In this document: positions 12,845-24,948 of the stretch, one piece after another
Layout of the letters: each line of letters opens with the position of its first letter
How positions within the stretch are numbered: position 1 is the stretch's first letter
Assembly (NCBI GenBank): GCA_965645245.1
Contig: OZ287075.1
Location: 1,054,001-1,118,000 of the forward strand
Direction: 5' to 3'
DNA length: 64,000 bases
Origin: Massalongia carnosa
Taxonomy: Eukaryota
Notes under the pieces: generated by a model
Databases searched by the model: none
What the model saw: the letters and a program-made list of their open reading frames with translations, nothing else
Told to the model about the DNA's origin: nothing
Position numbers and translations under genes: made by a program

Positions 12845-15066
12845 GCTACTCGTTTTGGGAGATCAATTTACCAACGACTTTACAGGTATAAGATGTTATG
12901 CGTCGAAAGGCGTCCTTACTGCACTTGAGGGAGGGTCCCTTCTTATCATTGTTGTCTGTACGACCCCCAAGGGTGCCAAATGCGATCTACTAGACCAGTA
13001 GGGGCATCTGTCGATCTAGATTTTGCCGTACTTGAGGTGGGGATACGGACTACTCTGTATTCCATAATCCGTAACGGTCTATGCTTTGCTGAACAACAAC
13101 CCTTTTGGACATGATTACTCATTATTGTTTGAACGAGTTGGACCGAGGCTCCCTTTTCCAGGATCAATGGTTTAGTTGGATGATGAAGCTCTGAGCTCAA
13201 GAAGCGTGAGGCTGTGGCCAGAGCGCCTATTGAGGCTCAACACGATTCATTTTCATTCCGCTTCATACACCACAATGCTATATGCTAATGCAACGCTAGT
13301 GCTCTATGGATCCCGATCGAGACAATACTTCGGCTAACAAGTTTTATACGTTTATACTACTTAATCCCTGTCAGAATCTAGAGGTGGTTAGACTCAAAAG
13401 TGACCCTAGGTGTAGCTCTCACTCAGCTGTTATCCTAGAATCTGTATACTTATTGTCATTATCTTCACTTTCTTGGTTTCATGGGAAAACTACGATTCTA
13501 CTCCGTAAGGTGGAGAAGTTTGAATCAAGATTATCGGCCAAGCTTTTCTATTCTAGATGTTGCCCTGTGCGGTGATTTTCTGGGTAAGGATCTACTGAAC
13601 ACTGTTCAATAATATTTAGGAACCGTCTTGTGATCCTGTGATGCCTGCAAAACGGAATGGATCGTTTACTGCAGCTAGTTAGCCGTCTCGACCGGCTCGT
13701 TTCGTTCCGCCTTTCAGCTATTGCTCATACTCAGCAGCTCAGAAGTACCTTCTCAGTCCATCCTTGACTTTGCTAGCATTCGGCATCCACTAGAAGCGAT
13801 ACAGCATCGAAATGCAGTAGTGAGATTATAAGAAGCTTGGAAGTGGCCCACGGTCGCTACTGAATGACATGGCCTCATTTTCTGGATCATTGCAAGCTTT
13901 GCTAGATTTTCCTTCATCGAATTTTGGACTTTCCATGCTTTCCAACTTATTACTTGGAATATTTTAGTTTTGAGGGATTGAGGCATGCGATTCATTCACC
14001 TTGTGAGGACGTATCCGCGTCACAGACTAATAGAACGATTACAACCATCCTTTATTAAACCCATACTCTGCCGCATCCTCCATAGGATACGGTTCCCCGC
14101 GCCAAAAAGCTGATGATCCTTCAGTCACTGTTATAGAATCCGACTTCGCAACGGCCCTCCTCGGAACAAAAGCTGAGACCTCGCCTCAATATTACAGCAT
14201 AAAGTTGAAATAGCGTTGCTGATAACTCAACTGTGCGTACTTTTGGAAGCTGAAAGATTAAGAGGGATATCGAACACCAGGAGGTAAGATCAGAGATAAG
14301 AAAGAGGTCTTAATTATTGTTCAATGAAAGAGTCAAAAGGGTTGAGAGAGAGAGTTTGGCGAGTATGGAAGACATACTCGGTGAGCAGCTCATAGAGACC
14401 CAGGGAGATAGATACTTCGGTAGGTAGGTAGGTAGGTGCCCTGTTTTATTCCTGATTTGGTCGCGTTTGAAGGCATGAAATTCCGGTCACGAAGAGGAAG
14501 ACAAATAGAAGACCTAGCTAACTTATATCACGTGAAACTCAAATACACGTGATACATATGCTCAAACCCATTTCGAATCTATGCTGCCGCCAACATGGCG
14601 AGTCTTTTCTTTTGTTCAACTCTTATCAGGTCTGTCAGAATGCCGCTATCGCTGTCGTCCTGACACTTTGCTGTCAATAGCAGTCGCAGAATGTCGTCAA
14701 GGACGAACAAACTAAATATCCTCCTGGGCGGCTTCTCAGTTATCTTTGACCGGAACTGCCTATAGTAATCTTTAATGGCACTAAACTATACATACCTGCC
14801 GACAAGATGGCCATCTCTTAAAAGAATGGCCTCAACAGAAACCATTAAGATGGGCCCTGACCAAATGGGCCTTCTATCAAGCTCAAAATGTGTCAGGCAC
14901 CGCCTATGTCACTTGCTTCAAGTTTGAGACTTGTGACTTGTTGACTGAAAATAACAACGCATCAAATCATCATAGTCATGGCTGCATTTATTTCCGCTCT
15001 TATGCGGCTACTAACGAGTCCTCTAAAGCGATCTAGCCTGGAGGGAAATTTGAAGGGAAATTAAAA

Positions 15067-16970
15067 TTGAATCCTAATGATGCCCCTGGAGCCTTTCAAT
15101 ACCGTTTGCCAACGCCATTGGGAAGGTTAAAGCGAGCAATATGTCTTCTCCTATTACTAGGCAAGCTAAGCTCACGCAATCCAATTTTCGCCTCAAAATC
15201 CCTGAACTTCGGGTATTTGTGGCATCTTCAGGTCCCTGAAATCGTAATCTGTACCATTGAGCATGTATCCTTGGACAATCATTCATCTTACAAGGCTCTT
15301 TCCTATACGTGGGGTGATGCCAACCTAACTCGTTTCATTCAAATCGATGGGAAGCCTTTGTACATCACTGCCGATCTTTATAGCGCACTTCAGGAGCTTG
15401 CAAGAAATGAGGAAACGTACATGTAGATCGATGCAGTATGTATTAACCAGGAAGACGATGAAGAAGAATCCTACCAAGTGGATCAAATGCGCGCCGTTTA
15501 TGAGAAAGTGGCTTCAGTGTATGCAGGGCTCAGTCCAGCAGCCGATGATAGCGATAAAGCCATGGAAATACTGAGCAGTCTGAAAGAAGAGTTCGATCGA
15601 TTTTGGTCTTCGGCGTTGGACAACGGAGCAACTCCAGAGCAAACAGCAAGAGCCATGAGCGAAGTGGTAAATGTAAGATCGCTTCGATATCTGTTTAGAG
15701 AGATATCCGAAGAACTCAAGGCTTCACCGATTAGCCGAAATTCCAGTGTCGAGCTTTTCCGTTGAAAGCTGTGGCATCTCTGTTGAACCGACCTTACTGG
15801 GGAAGAGTATGGGTCGTGCAAGAATTTGCATTGGCTAGAGAAGTTATTTCTATTTGTGTCAAGCAAGATTTTCCGGCATGATTGCTTCGAGATCTTTTTT
15901 AAAAGTTAGGATTAGCACAGTCGCGAAAGTGGAATGTATCCATGTTTATTAGATCATCGACCTTGGGCCTTGCTCCAGTTTCGGTAAGATCACCAGGTGG
16001 GCAAAGAGCTTTCAAAGAAGCACTTATTTCAGGTGGGAGCCAAGAGTCAACTAGAAGCCTCGAACCCGAAAGATAATAATTTCGCGCTCTTTGGGCTTGT
16101 GAAAGACCAGGATGAGCTTAAAATATTAGTAAACTACTCCCAGATAGTTCGCCAAACCTATATTGCGGCCACAAACGCATACCTGTTGCAAAAAGACCTG
16201 ACTCTTCTCTCCTTTTGTGAATATACTCCATATAGTAGCCATCACACTCCTTCTTGGTATCCTTACTGGTTAACCGTGAGGGCTTGTTCTAATATTAGAG
16301 TCTGGCTGTGGCGCGGTCTGGCCATTCAACTCCCCTTATTCGGCATCACGAAACATTCTAGTCTCGGTTCGATGTGACGAAGCCACTGCAACATTTTCAC
16401 TGACACGTATTCGTACTGACGTGGTTCAGTGTCAAGGCAAAATGCGAGTCCAAGCCTCTCAAAATAATATATCTAGTTCTTCCAATCAGCTAGAGATTAT
16501 TGAATAGATGTCAAGAGAATTTGAATCATTACGAGGTAGAATATACAGGACTCCTGAGCAACGTAAAAACACAATCTGGCGAACTTGGATTATTGAAGCG
16601 GTGGGGACGGGCCGACGCCTCCTATCAAAATGCGTACCAGACACTACTCTCAATGGGAAATGAGTCACAATTTAAGTCATCTAGAGAGGCGGAGAAAGAT
16701 GCAGAAGAATTGTTTAGCACCGCAAACAACGTGATAAATGGAAAGAGACCATTTGATACGACCAAGGGATATATCGGTCTCAACTCGCCGTGTCTGCAAA
16801 TTGGTGAAGTTGTGGTCATTTCCCACGGAGCTGATGTTCCGTTCCTACCGTGAAAGGTCGAAGAAAAACCTAGCTATTATCAACTGCTTGGGGAAGCATA
16901 CATTCATGGACTCAGGTATGGGGAAGCTCTTGACAACAACCCTTGCACTGAAATCTTTGACCTGGAGTAA
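15067..16970 (+). pseudogene. HET-domain (heterokaryon incompatibility, HET-6-like) pseudogene
   Basis: YKALSYTWGD; M*IDAVCINQED with the conserved W replaced by TAG at 15424-15426; YWGRVWVVQEF in a shifted frame; C-terminal TTKGYIGL...GEVVVISHGADVPF...LLGEAYIHG. Multiple frameshifts. Confidence 0.85.
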
Positions 16971-18774
16971 GCAGACGGGTTTACTGGGATGACAGGGGTC
17001 ATCGAATGATGTTTGCCACTTTGGTATTGCTTGGGTTGTTCGCTTGCCCATATATCGGCAGCTCTGATAAGAAGCTTTCCTCGTACCTTGCTATCCTCGA
17101 TGGGTGAGGGTTTCATATCAACAATGGAGAGCAAGAGCAATTATTTAGAAATTTAGCTCCTAGTAAATACTCTTAATAAGCCAACAACCCCCCTATAGAT
17201 AGACAACGTCGCTGTAGCTTGTGCAGATGCTAGAAATTCATGAAGAGCCTTTGGGCCGCAGAAATTCTGCCCGTTAATCCAGCCGGGTCTACCATTTTAA
17301 ATCCGTAACGTCTAAAAACGGCTTGATCTACGCTCTTTATAGGTCGGAATCCGTCTTATCTACTCCCAACACGCTCGCCCTAACATCCCTCATCTTTCTT
17401 AGACGAAGAGAGCGACATCTGGATCATGTCCTTTGCCCCGTTTTCAAGCGTGGGAACACTCTTTTCCTCTACGAGTATTTTAGTTGACCCTTCAAGGGCT
17501 ACCAGCAGAGAAGATTGCTGGATCAAAAACTCATATTTAGTGAAATGGATTGAGAGATGCAGTCGCGAAGCCGGGAATGGGCATGCGGAGGCTATGAATG
17601 GCGAAGGCTGGCATACCGCTAGGAGAGGAGATGGAGATGGAGCACCGGTAGACGACGACGATATCACCACAATGGAACCAGAGAGGGAGATAGCCTGCGT
17701 GAAAGCCTTCTGGTTTTTCAACAGAGTGTGCTTTCGTCCAGTATCCAATATCCCCCCTTCTGGAAGGGAGCCGGGGGGGGGAAAGGAAGTGCGGAAGGGG
17801 CCATTCCTGCTCGCTGCACGTGAATGGGTTGGGTGGCGATCGAGGGGATGTTGTTTCCCCTCCCCCCCGATTTTACGAACTGCTAATGTAGAAGGAAAGA
17901 AGGATAGAAGGATAGAAAGCATGAAAAGCGGTCCTAACCATGGAAATATAGACCGTGCGTAACTAGCTCTGAAGACCTCCCCCCCTTCCCCTTACTGTTT
18001 TTCTTCGAAAGAAGTTTGGTTTTCTCCCCTCTTCAGTTTTCGGGCTTGTAGCAACCCCCCGCCAAATACCCAAAATACCCATTACCAAGGCTTCAGCGAA
18101 AAAAACAACGAATCCTCCGCTCTGCTTATTTATTTGGTTCTGCGTCGTCGAGTCTCCCTTCTCTAGCAAGGCAGTTGTATTCGTAGTTACTTGGGTCGAT
18201 GTCTAGCCAAAGAGAGAGAATATAAAGGGAAAACAACTTAAGCATAACGATCCTCTTTTTATCAAGCTGTATTGAAATAGGATATAGGTTGATCTTCCTT
18301 AGAGATAACACCCCCCCCTCCAAAAGCATAAAAAAAGAAACCTCAAGCATGTATATCCCCCTCGCCTGTCGTTCAATACCAAGAAATAGCAATATCTATT
18401 CCCTTTTTTTTTTTACTTGCCACCCTTGAAAGCTAGGTCAGGAAGCCCGCGTCATGCGAGAGAAAGGAACAGACGATTTGGGTTTATGCTGGTAGGTAGG
18501 ATAGATGGAATTTGGGGTGGGGGAGGTAGATGTAGAGGTAAGGAATTCCGTTTGGGATTGTCAGGAAGTGAGGACTTGAAAAATTAGGCTGGGTTATGTT
18601 GGGAGCTTTTTCTCTGTTCAGGGGATATATATCTCCTTATGGACAGATTTTTTATCGCCAGGGGAGAAAGAGAAACGTTGATACGCAAAACCTCCTCTGG
18701 TCGTTGTTTCGGACTCAAGCATCCATGCATTGAATGTCTTCAAAATCATCAATCCTGAAAAATAGCTTTCACCA

Positions 18775-19461
18775 TCACTTCTTCCCTGCATAGCTTTTCG
18801 TCCACATCTTCGCCTTTTTCAAAAACTCCTTCCGCTCCTCCTTGTACTCTTTTCCGATGCCCGCCTCCACCGCATCGTCGGGAAGCGGTTCCACCAGCAG
18901 CTGCCGCGCAAACTGCAGCACGGCCGCAATCTTAGAGCTAGGCTTCCACTCGTCAGGCCGGAGGAGACCGAGACACATGCTACCCTTGTCGTCGTTCGTC
19001 ACGTTGGGATGGTAGATTTTTGTTTGGAAGTTTAGGGCGGGGGGTTTGAAGGGGTAATCGGCTGGGAGGGTGAGGAGGAGGTGGAATGAGCCGCCCTGGT
19101 GGCATGTAGGGTTAGCTGGGAGGGTTGGGGAAAGAATAGTAATGGGGGGGGGGGGGGGGGGGGCCAAGGGGCAAGGGGGTTGTGGAACGAACGGCGTATG
19201 GAGAATCTTTGGGGCCGGCGATGACGACTTGCCATTTGTGCATGTCGGAATCGGAGACAAGGGATACATCCATGCCCTCGAGGGGGTTTTGTTGGATATC
19301 GGCATATTCCTAACGGAGAGGGTTAGATCTTCGGTATATCGATCTGTCGTTGTATATGTAGATATGAATACATATGTACCGAGAGCGGGGAGGGAGAGAG
19401 GTAGGATGTGTATGGAGGAGGGACATCGCTTTACCTTGGTGATACGTTTCTGGCCTGACAT
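18775..19461 (-). CDS. Ubiquitin-conjugating enzyme E2, three exons (~19461-19435, ~19309-19193, ~19095-18775)
   Basis: MSGQKRITK|EYADIQQNP...WQVVIAGPKDSPYA|GGSFHLLLTLPADYPFKPPALNFQTKIYHPNV...MCLGLL...WKP, with the HPN motif and catalytic Cys. Canonical introns. Confidence 0.93.
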   Translation of the reverse strand: MSGQKRITKVKRCPSSIHILPLSLPALGTYVFISTYTTTDRYTEDLTLSVRNMPISNKTPSRAWMYPLSPIPTCTNGKSSSPAPKILHTPFVPQPPCPLAPPPPPPITILSPTLPANPTCHQGGSFHLLLTLPADYPFKPPALNFQTKIYHPNVTNDDKGSMCLGLLRPDEWKPSSKIAAVLQFARQLLVEPLPDDAVEAGIGKEYKEERKEFLKKAKMWTKSYAGKK

Positions 19462-20297
19462 GATTGCTATGGTGATGTGTATGTATGAGCTACAGTCTCG
19501 AATCACGAGAGAGAGGTATTACGTGGAGTTGCGGGGAATATGAGAAGTCGGAATGAAGAGGGGAGTCGGTGGCAAAGGTTTAGTTTATTTTATCGGGGCA
19601 TCTGCCTTGGGGTCATTGTCTTCATGGTGAACGCTGACGGACTGTCTGACTAGGAATCAGCGGTCTTGGCTTCAGGACAGGCAGCAGGATGTGAAGTTGA
19701 GATCTGATTCGGACACTCTTTGCTCTCCTTTAACAGCTTCAATAGCTTCCAATATCTTCAATATCTTCAATATCTTCAATACTTTGCCATCATCCGTTGG
19801 TGGAACGGCGATGCAGGCGATGCACGTGATTGATGCGTACGAGGTTCCTCGGGAGGAATTGTCGGCCCGACACGCACAACATCTTGATTCAACTAATCCG
19901 AGTATGGTTAGATAATTTGTTAAAGGTTGAGTTTGATGGAGTCCTATTGGCTCTGTTATCCAGAGAAAACATAAAGTACTGCGTACTCGGTACAAAAGAA
20001 CATATCTTCATGTGCCGCTCTGCATCATGCCAAACACTGCCCTTGGGCTCTTGCAGTCGGCAGGTTGATTGTCCTTCACCTGAATTAAGAAGATTTCGAT
20101 GCTACCCTCCGAGTATGCTTGCTGAAACAAAGTCAATCAGTTATTTCGGCCAAGTAACTTTATCCAGCTAAGGGAAAAAGCATATCATCTCGCATCGTAC
20201 AGCATACGCGAGCTGACTGGATTCATGGTAAGACGCACCGCTGAGCGGGCAAGGGCTTCGGTATGAGCTTTAGTTTCAGTTGCTTTTCACCTCACTC

Positions 20298-22321
20298 ATG
20301 GCGAAACCGATCAGTGTTGAACCAAGTCAGGGATGGTACGATATGAAATCTTGGATCACGTCGCATCTTTCAATGCTAATACGTCGCGGTCTGTTTTAGG
20401 GATGGCAATGATGGCCCGTGGTCGACTTTTGCAATCCGCGTCGGCAATCCAGCTCAACCGCTTCGAGTACTCGCCTCGACGACGATACCAGAAACATGGG
20501 TAGCTATCCCGCTGGGGTGTACCAGCCAAGATGGACCAAACTGCGCGAGTGGTCGAGGGAATTTGTACAATCAGAACATATCAAAGACGTACAAAGACCA
20601 GGGGCTATTCCAGCTTGGTGCGGAGCGCAACTTGAACTTTACCGATTATGACAACGGCGACTACGGTTTCGACACCCTCGCACTTGGCTATGCAGGCGCT
20701 GGAGGGGTGTCCCTCGAGCAACAGGTCGTCGCCGGCATTGCCACCAAAGATTTCTACCTGGGCTTTCTTGGTCTTACTCCCAGGCCGGTCAACTTCTCGT
20801 TGACAGAATCGAGTCCCAGCTTTCTGTCGAATCTGAAAAACCAAAGCAAGATCCCTAGTCTCTCATATGGATATTCAGCAGGAGCTTATTATCGTAGGTC
20901 CACACCAGGTGACGAATGAGCGATCGCTGACGGACCTCCAGATCTTAAAAAGGTGGACGGCACTTTGACCCTAGGTGGCTATGATGCTTCGCGATTCACA
21001 CCGAATGGAGTTTCTCTCCGTTTTGCTACCGACGTTGCTCGCGATCTAGTGGTGGGCCTGCAATCTATCCAGTTTTCGGATTCTATAACCAAGAACAAGG
21101 AGTTGCTGCCCTCGGGTGGTATCTTAGCATTCGTCGACTCTACGGTTCCGCATATATGGCTCCCAATAAGCGCGTGTAAGGCTTTTGAGAGCGCATTTGG
21201 CATTACGTACGATGCGCAGTCGGAACTGTATCTGGTGAACAATACCCTTCATAATACCCTGCTGGCTCAAAACGCAAACGTTACATTTATCCTTGGCAAC
21301 GAGATCAAAGGTGGTGATACGATCGCCATCACTCTACCATACCTAAGTTTTGATCTCCAAGCCAGCTACTTGTACCTCAACGCAACCACACGATACTTCC
21401 CCCTCCGTCGCGCCGCCAATGATACTCAGTACACGCTTGGGCGAACATTCCTTCAGGAATCGTAAAGCTGCCTCTCCCCGTCCCTGGTAAAGCAATGCTA
21501 AAATCACAAGATATCTGATTGTCGATTATGAACGCTCAAACTTCTCTCTCTCCCAGAGCACCTTTGTTGAAGACGCCAAGCAGAATCTTGTCCCCATCCT
21601 TTCCATCAACGATACCTCCACCACCATCACCAAAGTCCCCCAGCACCCTCCCACGCACAAAAAACTCTCTGGCGGCGCCCTGGCCGGGATTATCGTCGCC
21701 GGGGTCATCCTCTGCATCCTCATTACCGGCGCTATCATCTTCGTCATCCGCCGTCGTCGCTCCCGCCAAGCCGCAAAAGAAGCTTCCTTAGACGACCAAG
21801 CAAACACCCCCTCGGAATTAAACGCGCTTGCCAAGCCCACTCTTGCTGAACTTTATGCCCCACACGGCGAGGTCGAGGGCTTGGGAGTATTCAAGTCCGA
21901 CGTCGAGATGGAAGGCAGCAATCCGTCGTTGATGGGCAGCTACCAACGAGCCGAGATGGAGGGCTCCCATGGCGGCGTCGAGATGGAGGGTGCTCAGGGT
22001 GGGACGGAATTATACGCTGGCAACGCGGCCGTAGAGCTCGATGGTGGGCCTGTCCCTCCCGCGAAGCTGTCGTCCCCGGCTCCCCTTACGCGAGACCCCT
22101 CGTTTTCGGGCGGTGAAAGAGACGTTCCTGCGGTGGTGGGCTGGAAGACGAGGGAGAATCAGCCTTCGTCTTTGGGTCGTGAAGGGGGAGGGAAGAGCGT
22201 TGTAGCTAGAAATGCCGGGGAAACCCTGCTCGTCCAGGAGGACGAAGGGGAAGGGGGGAGACTGGTGGGATGGAGGAGGTGGAGCGATAGAAGGAAGGGG
22301 CGGAGGAAGGGAGGGGGATGA
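20298..22321 (+). CDS. Membrane-anchored pepsin-like (A1) protein, at least four exons; the first catalytic motif is atypical; true start may lie slightly upstream (~20225)
   Basis: W|DGNDGPWSTFAIRVGNPAQPLRVLASTT, FYLGFLGL, SLSYGYSAGAYY, GTLTLGGYDASRF, AFVDSTVPHIWLP, YTLGRTFLQE|SYLIVDYER; then TM ALAGIIVAGVILCILITGAIIFVI followed by RRRR. Introns ~20336-20399, ~20894-20942, ~21462-21510. Confidence 0.85.
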
Positions 22322-23427
22322 TCTGTGATGTTGGGGGTGTATTCGCACTCTGTCTGGCGGGTACATGGCGTGTTGTGTACCGGGAAGTTGGGAATCTCCC
22401 AGTTATCCTGCCGGCATGTTCCTATTTTCTCTTCTCTTCCTCCTCGTCGTCGTTTAGAAGTAGGTAATATAAAAAAAAAGGTAGGCGGAAAGAAAAAAGA
22501 TACTTTATCCATCCAGAAACCCGGGTGCCTAACTACCTAACTAAACCACCTAATTAATCAACTTTATCAACTACCTATACGGGGGGAGGGAGGGGTGCAC
22601 CGGCCGATAGCGGGAGAAAAAGAAGACAGCAAAAAGAAAGGGTTTAAAAACACCACGCAAAGGATCGTGGCACGATTCACGAATGGTGGCGAGAAAAGGG
22701 CGAAGTTCAGGCAGCAGGCAGGCAGGCAGACAGGCAGGCATGAATCTCGGAGCAATCAATCATAACTAGATAGCGGAGGGAGGATGAACTTGACTTGGAT
22801 GGAAGAGCCCCATAATCATCGTCATCATGATGCAAGGTCAATAACAACAACGACGACGACGGAGACAGATTCAGAAACACATGCTCTTTTCCTGCCCCAC
22901 TAGCCAACCAACTAACCCAAGTTATTACCCTAAAACCCTTCTCCCCCACCCCCCCTGGGTCCGCTGCACACATATAATTACTGATCGGGTTTTGACGTGT
23001 AGGAAGATTGAAGAGAAGTTGTCGTAGCTAGCCCGTCCACTTTGGAACCAACGCTACCATCATCCGTTCCTTTTCTGCAATGGAACAATCTAGGTACAAA
23101 AAAGGAACGAGTGAAATGATATGCTAAAAGACGAGACTAAGTAACGAGCACTGTCTTGTGACTGCAAGGGATACGGGCAGTCCTCCACAAGCCAAAGATT
23201 TTTATGATGCCTTCCAAACGTATAGAACACGTGCTCCTTGGGGAGCCCTTCGCAAGAATATCTATCTGATGAAGGAGAGTTGTGGATACTAATGTCAGAT
23301 ACTGGAACGAGAGCTACCCGTGTAAAGACGAGTGGAAAAATATACGCTGCGCTTGGAGGCTAGTATGATCAGTCAACATCAAGTGTCCCAGCCAAGGGGA
23401 GAAGAGGGTAATACCTGATGAATCGCT

Positions 23428-24075
23428 CTAAAGTCTAGAGCCATGGATAACCTTATAGTCGACAGCGAGCTCACGGCCACCATCGTTGATAACCAACACG
23501 CGAACGCTACCACGGCCGTTGGCGAAGGACTCGTTGAGCCTTGACCACAATCCACCTTGATCAATGACTGGAAGGCCTTGCTTGACATCGCCTGTCTCCG
23601 TCATGGCGACCACACGGCCATCATCACGGATGTCGAGAACACGGTATTGCTTGAAAACGGGACCGAGCATGTTCTGAACGATGACAGAAGGAGATGGGTT
23701 GGACACGAAGCTTGATTCCTCATGCAGTTGCTTGGTGAAGAGGTCAACTCCTAAGTAACGATGCTGGCCCGTTTGAGCGGACGTAGTGATTCGGATCACT
23801 TGACAAGGACGACCTTGAAGTATCAAGAGATCACCAATGCGAATGTGGTGGCAAGGAATAGTAATGGTATTGGGTCCTCCGCCACGTTCGACAAAGCGAA
23901 CACTCTCGCGGACACCCTCGCGAACACGGGTAGGGCCACGTTCATCATCAATGACTACCTCCTCACGCTCGGAGTGGGAGTGATGGGGATGGAATGGATG
24001 AAAGACGCGGTCTGCTGCTCTCTCAAGTCCATGGCGGATGGAATGGTGGCGACCCTCGTCGTCGTAGTAACCCAT
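23428..24075 (-). CDS. hex1: Woronin body major protein HEX-1 (AUG-initiated short form)
   Basis: MGYYDDEG start, TITIPCHHIRIGDLLILQGRPCQVIRI, GQHRYLGVDLFTKQLHEESSFVSNP, and C-terminal PTS1 -SRL. Confidence 0.97.
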   Translation of the reverse strand: MGYYDDEGRHHSIRHGLERAADRVFHPFHPHHSHSEREEVVIDDERGPTRVREGVRESVRFVERGGGPNTITIPCHHIRIGDLLILQGRPCQVIRITTSAQTGQHRYLGVDLFTKQLHEESSFVSNPSPSVIVQNMLGPVFKQYRVLDIRDDGRVVAMTETGDVKQGLPVIDQGGLWSRLNESFANGRGSVRVLVINDGGRELAVDYKVIHGSRL

Positions 24076-24948
24076 TTTGGATTTGGAGGGTGGATCGACA
24101 GTGGTTTCGGTTTTGACCCTGATTTCTTCTCGAGATCCGGCGGTGCTGCGTGCGGCTTCGACTCTTATTTCTTCGCGAGGTTCTCGGGTGGTGCTACGTT
24201 CGGCTTCGACTGTTACTACTGCTTCACGTGGTTCTCGAAAGCGACGCTCGTACTCGACGTCGTAGGTTGGCTGGACGCGTCGGCGGTACTCTCGTTCAGT
24301 GATATCGATTTCTTCTCCTCGGCGAGGAACTTCAACGTCAACCTTGGTCTCGGTGTAGCGTTGGGTAGGCTCGTGGTATCTATGATGGATGATGTTTAGT
24401 TGATGTTTACTTCCAGCTTAAACAAGAATAGATCGGGTGAAAATTTCGTTGGTTGGGCAGGGGTGCCACAGATGCATTATTTATGCCCTGTATAAATTCA
24501 AGATCATCCACACTTACCGCTCGCGAGAGAGTTCAGCCTCTGGAAATCGTTCTTGACGATATCGGTCTTCCTCTTCGTAAACTGTCACGTTCTCTTTGTG
24601 ATGCGGACGCTGGATGTGATCCTCTTCGTAAACCTTGACCTCGGCTTCCTCAACACGAGTCCGACTTTTGCGATCCGGTGAAGAGGCAGAGAAGGACGAG
24701 TATCGCGTTTCGTGATCTTCCCGTCCGACGCGCGAAGCTCCTCCTGACGGAAGGGTGGCCTCTCCTTCTACTCTGACGCGAGTAGTCTCTGTAGCAGCGT
24801 CGCTCCGGTACGACGACGGGAAGACACTGAACGGGATCGGGACTCTGGCGTCAAAGTCCAGATTGACTGGAGTGAAGGAGTCCTTTCTCGAATGCCTTCC
24901 GAACCGTTCTGAAACAATTCGAAAGGAAGACAAGAAGAGACTCTTGCT
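24076..24948 (-). CDS. hex1: In-frame, spliced N-terminal extension of HEX-1 (long isoform) lacking any AUG; exons 24948/24861-24518 and 24379-24076
   Basis: GTAAGT donor at 24517 and TAG acceptor at 24380 join in phase (CG|A). The frame is open for 245 codons into the hex1 ATG and encodes an R/E/V-rich sequence starting LDFDARVPIPFSVFPSSYRSD. Confidence 0.7.

Noticed and set aside
15424..15426. TAG at a conserved Trp of the HET domain, suggesting restorative A-to-I editing
   Set aside because: The gene also has frameshifts (e.g. near 15760) that editing cannot repair, so plain pseudogenisation fits better.
17380..17962. Overlapping ~180-aa ORFs on both strands
   Set aside because: No recognisable motifs or splice support; cannot be called without a homology search.
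23761..24399. 212-aa + strand ORF
   Set aside because: Antisense shadow of hex1 and its extension, caused by biased codon usage; no family motifs.
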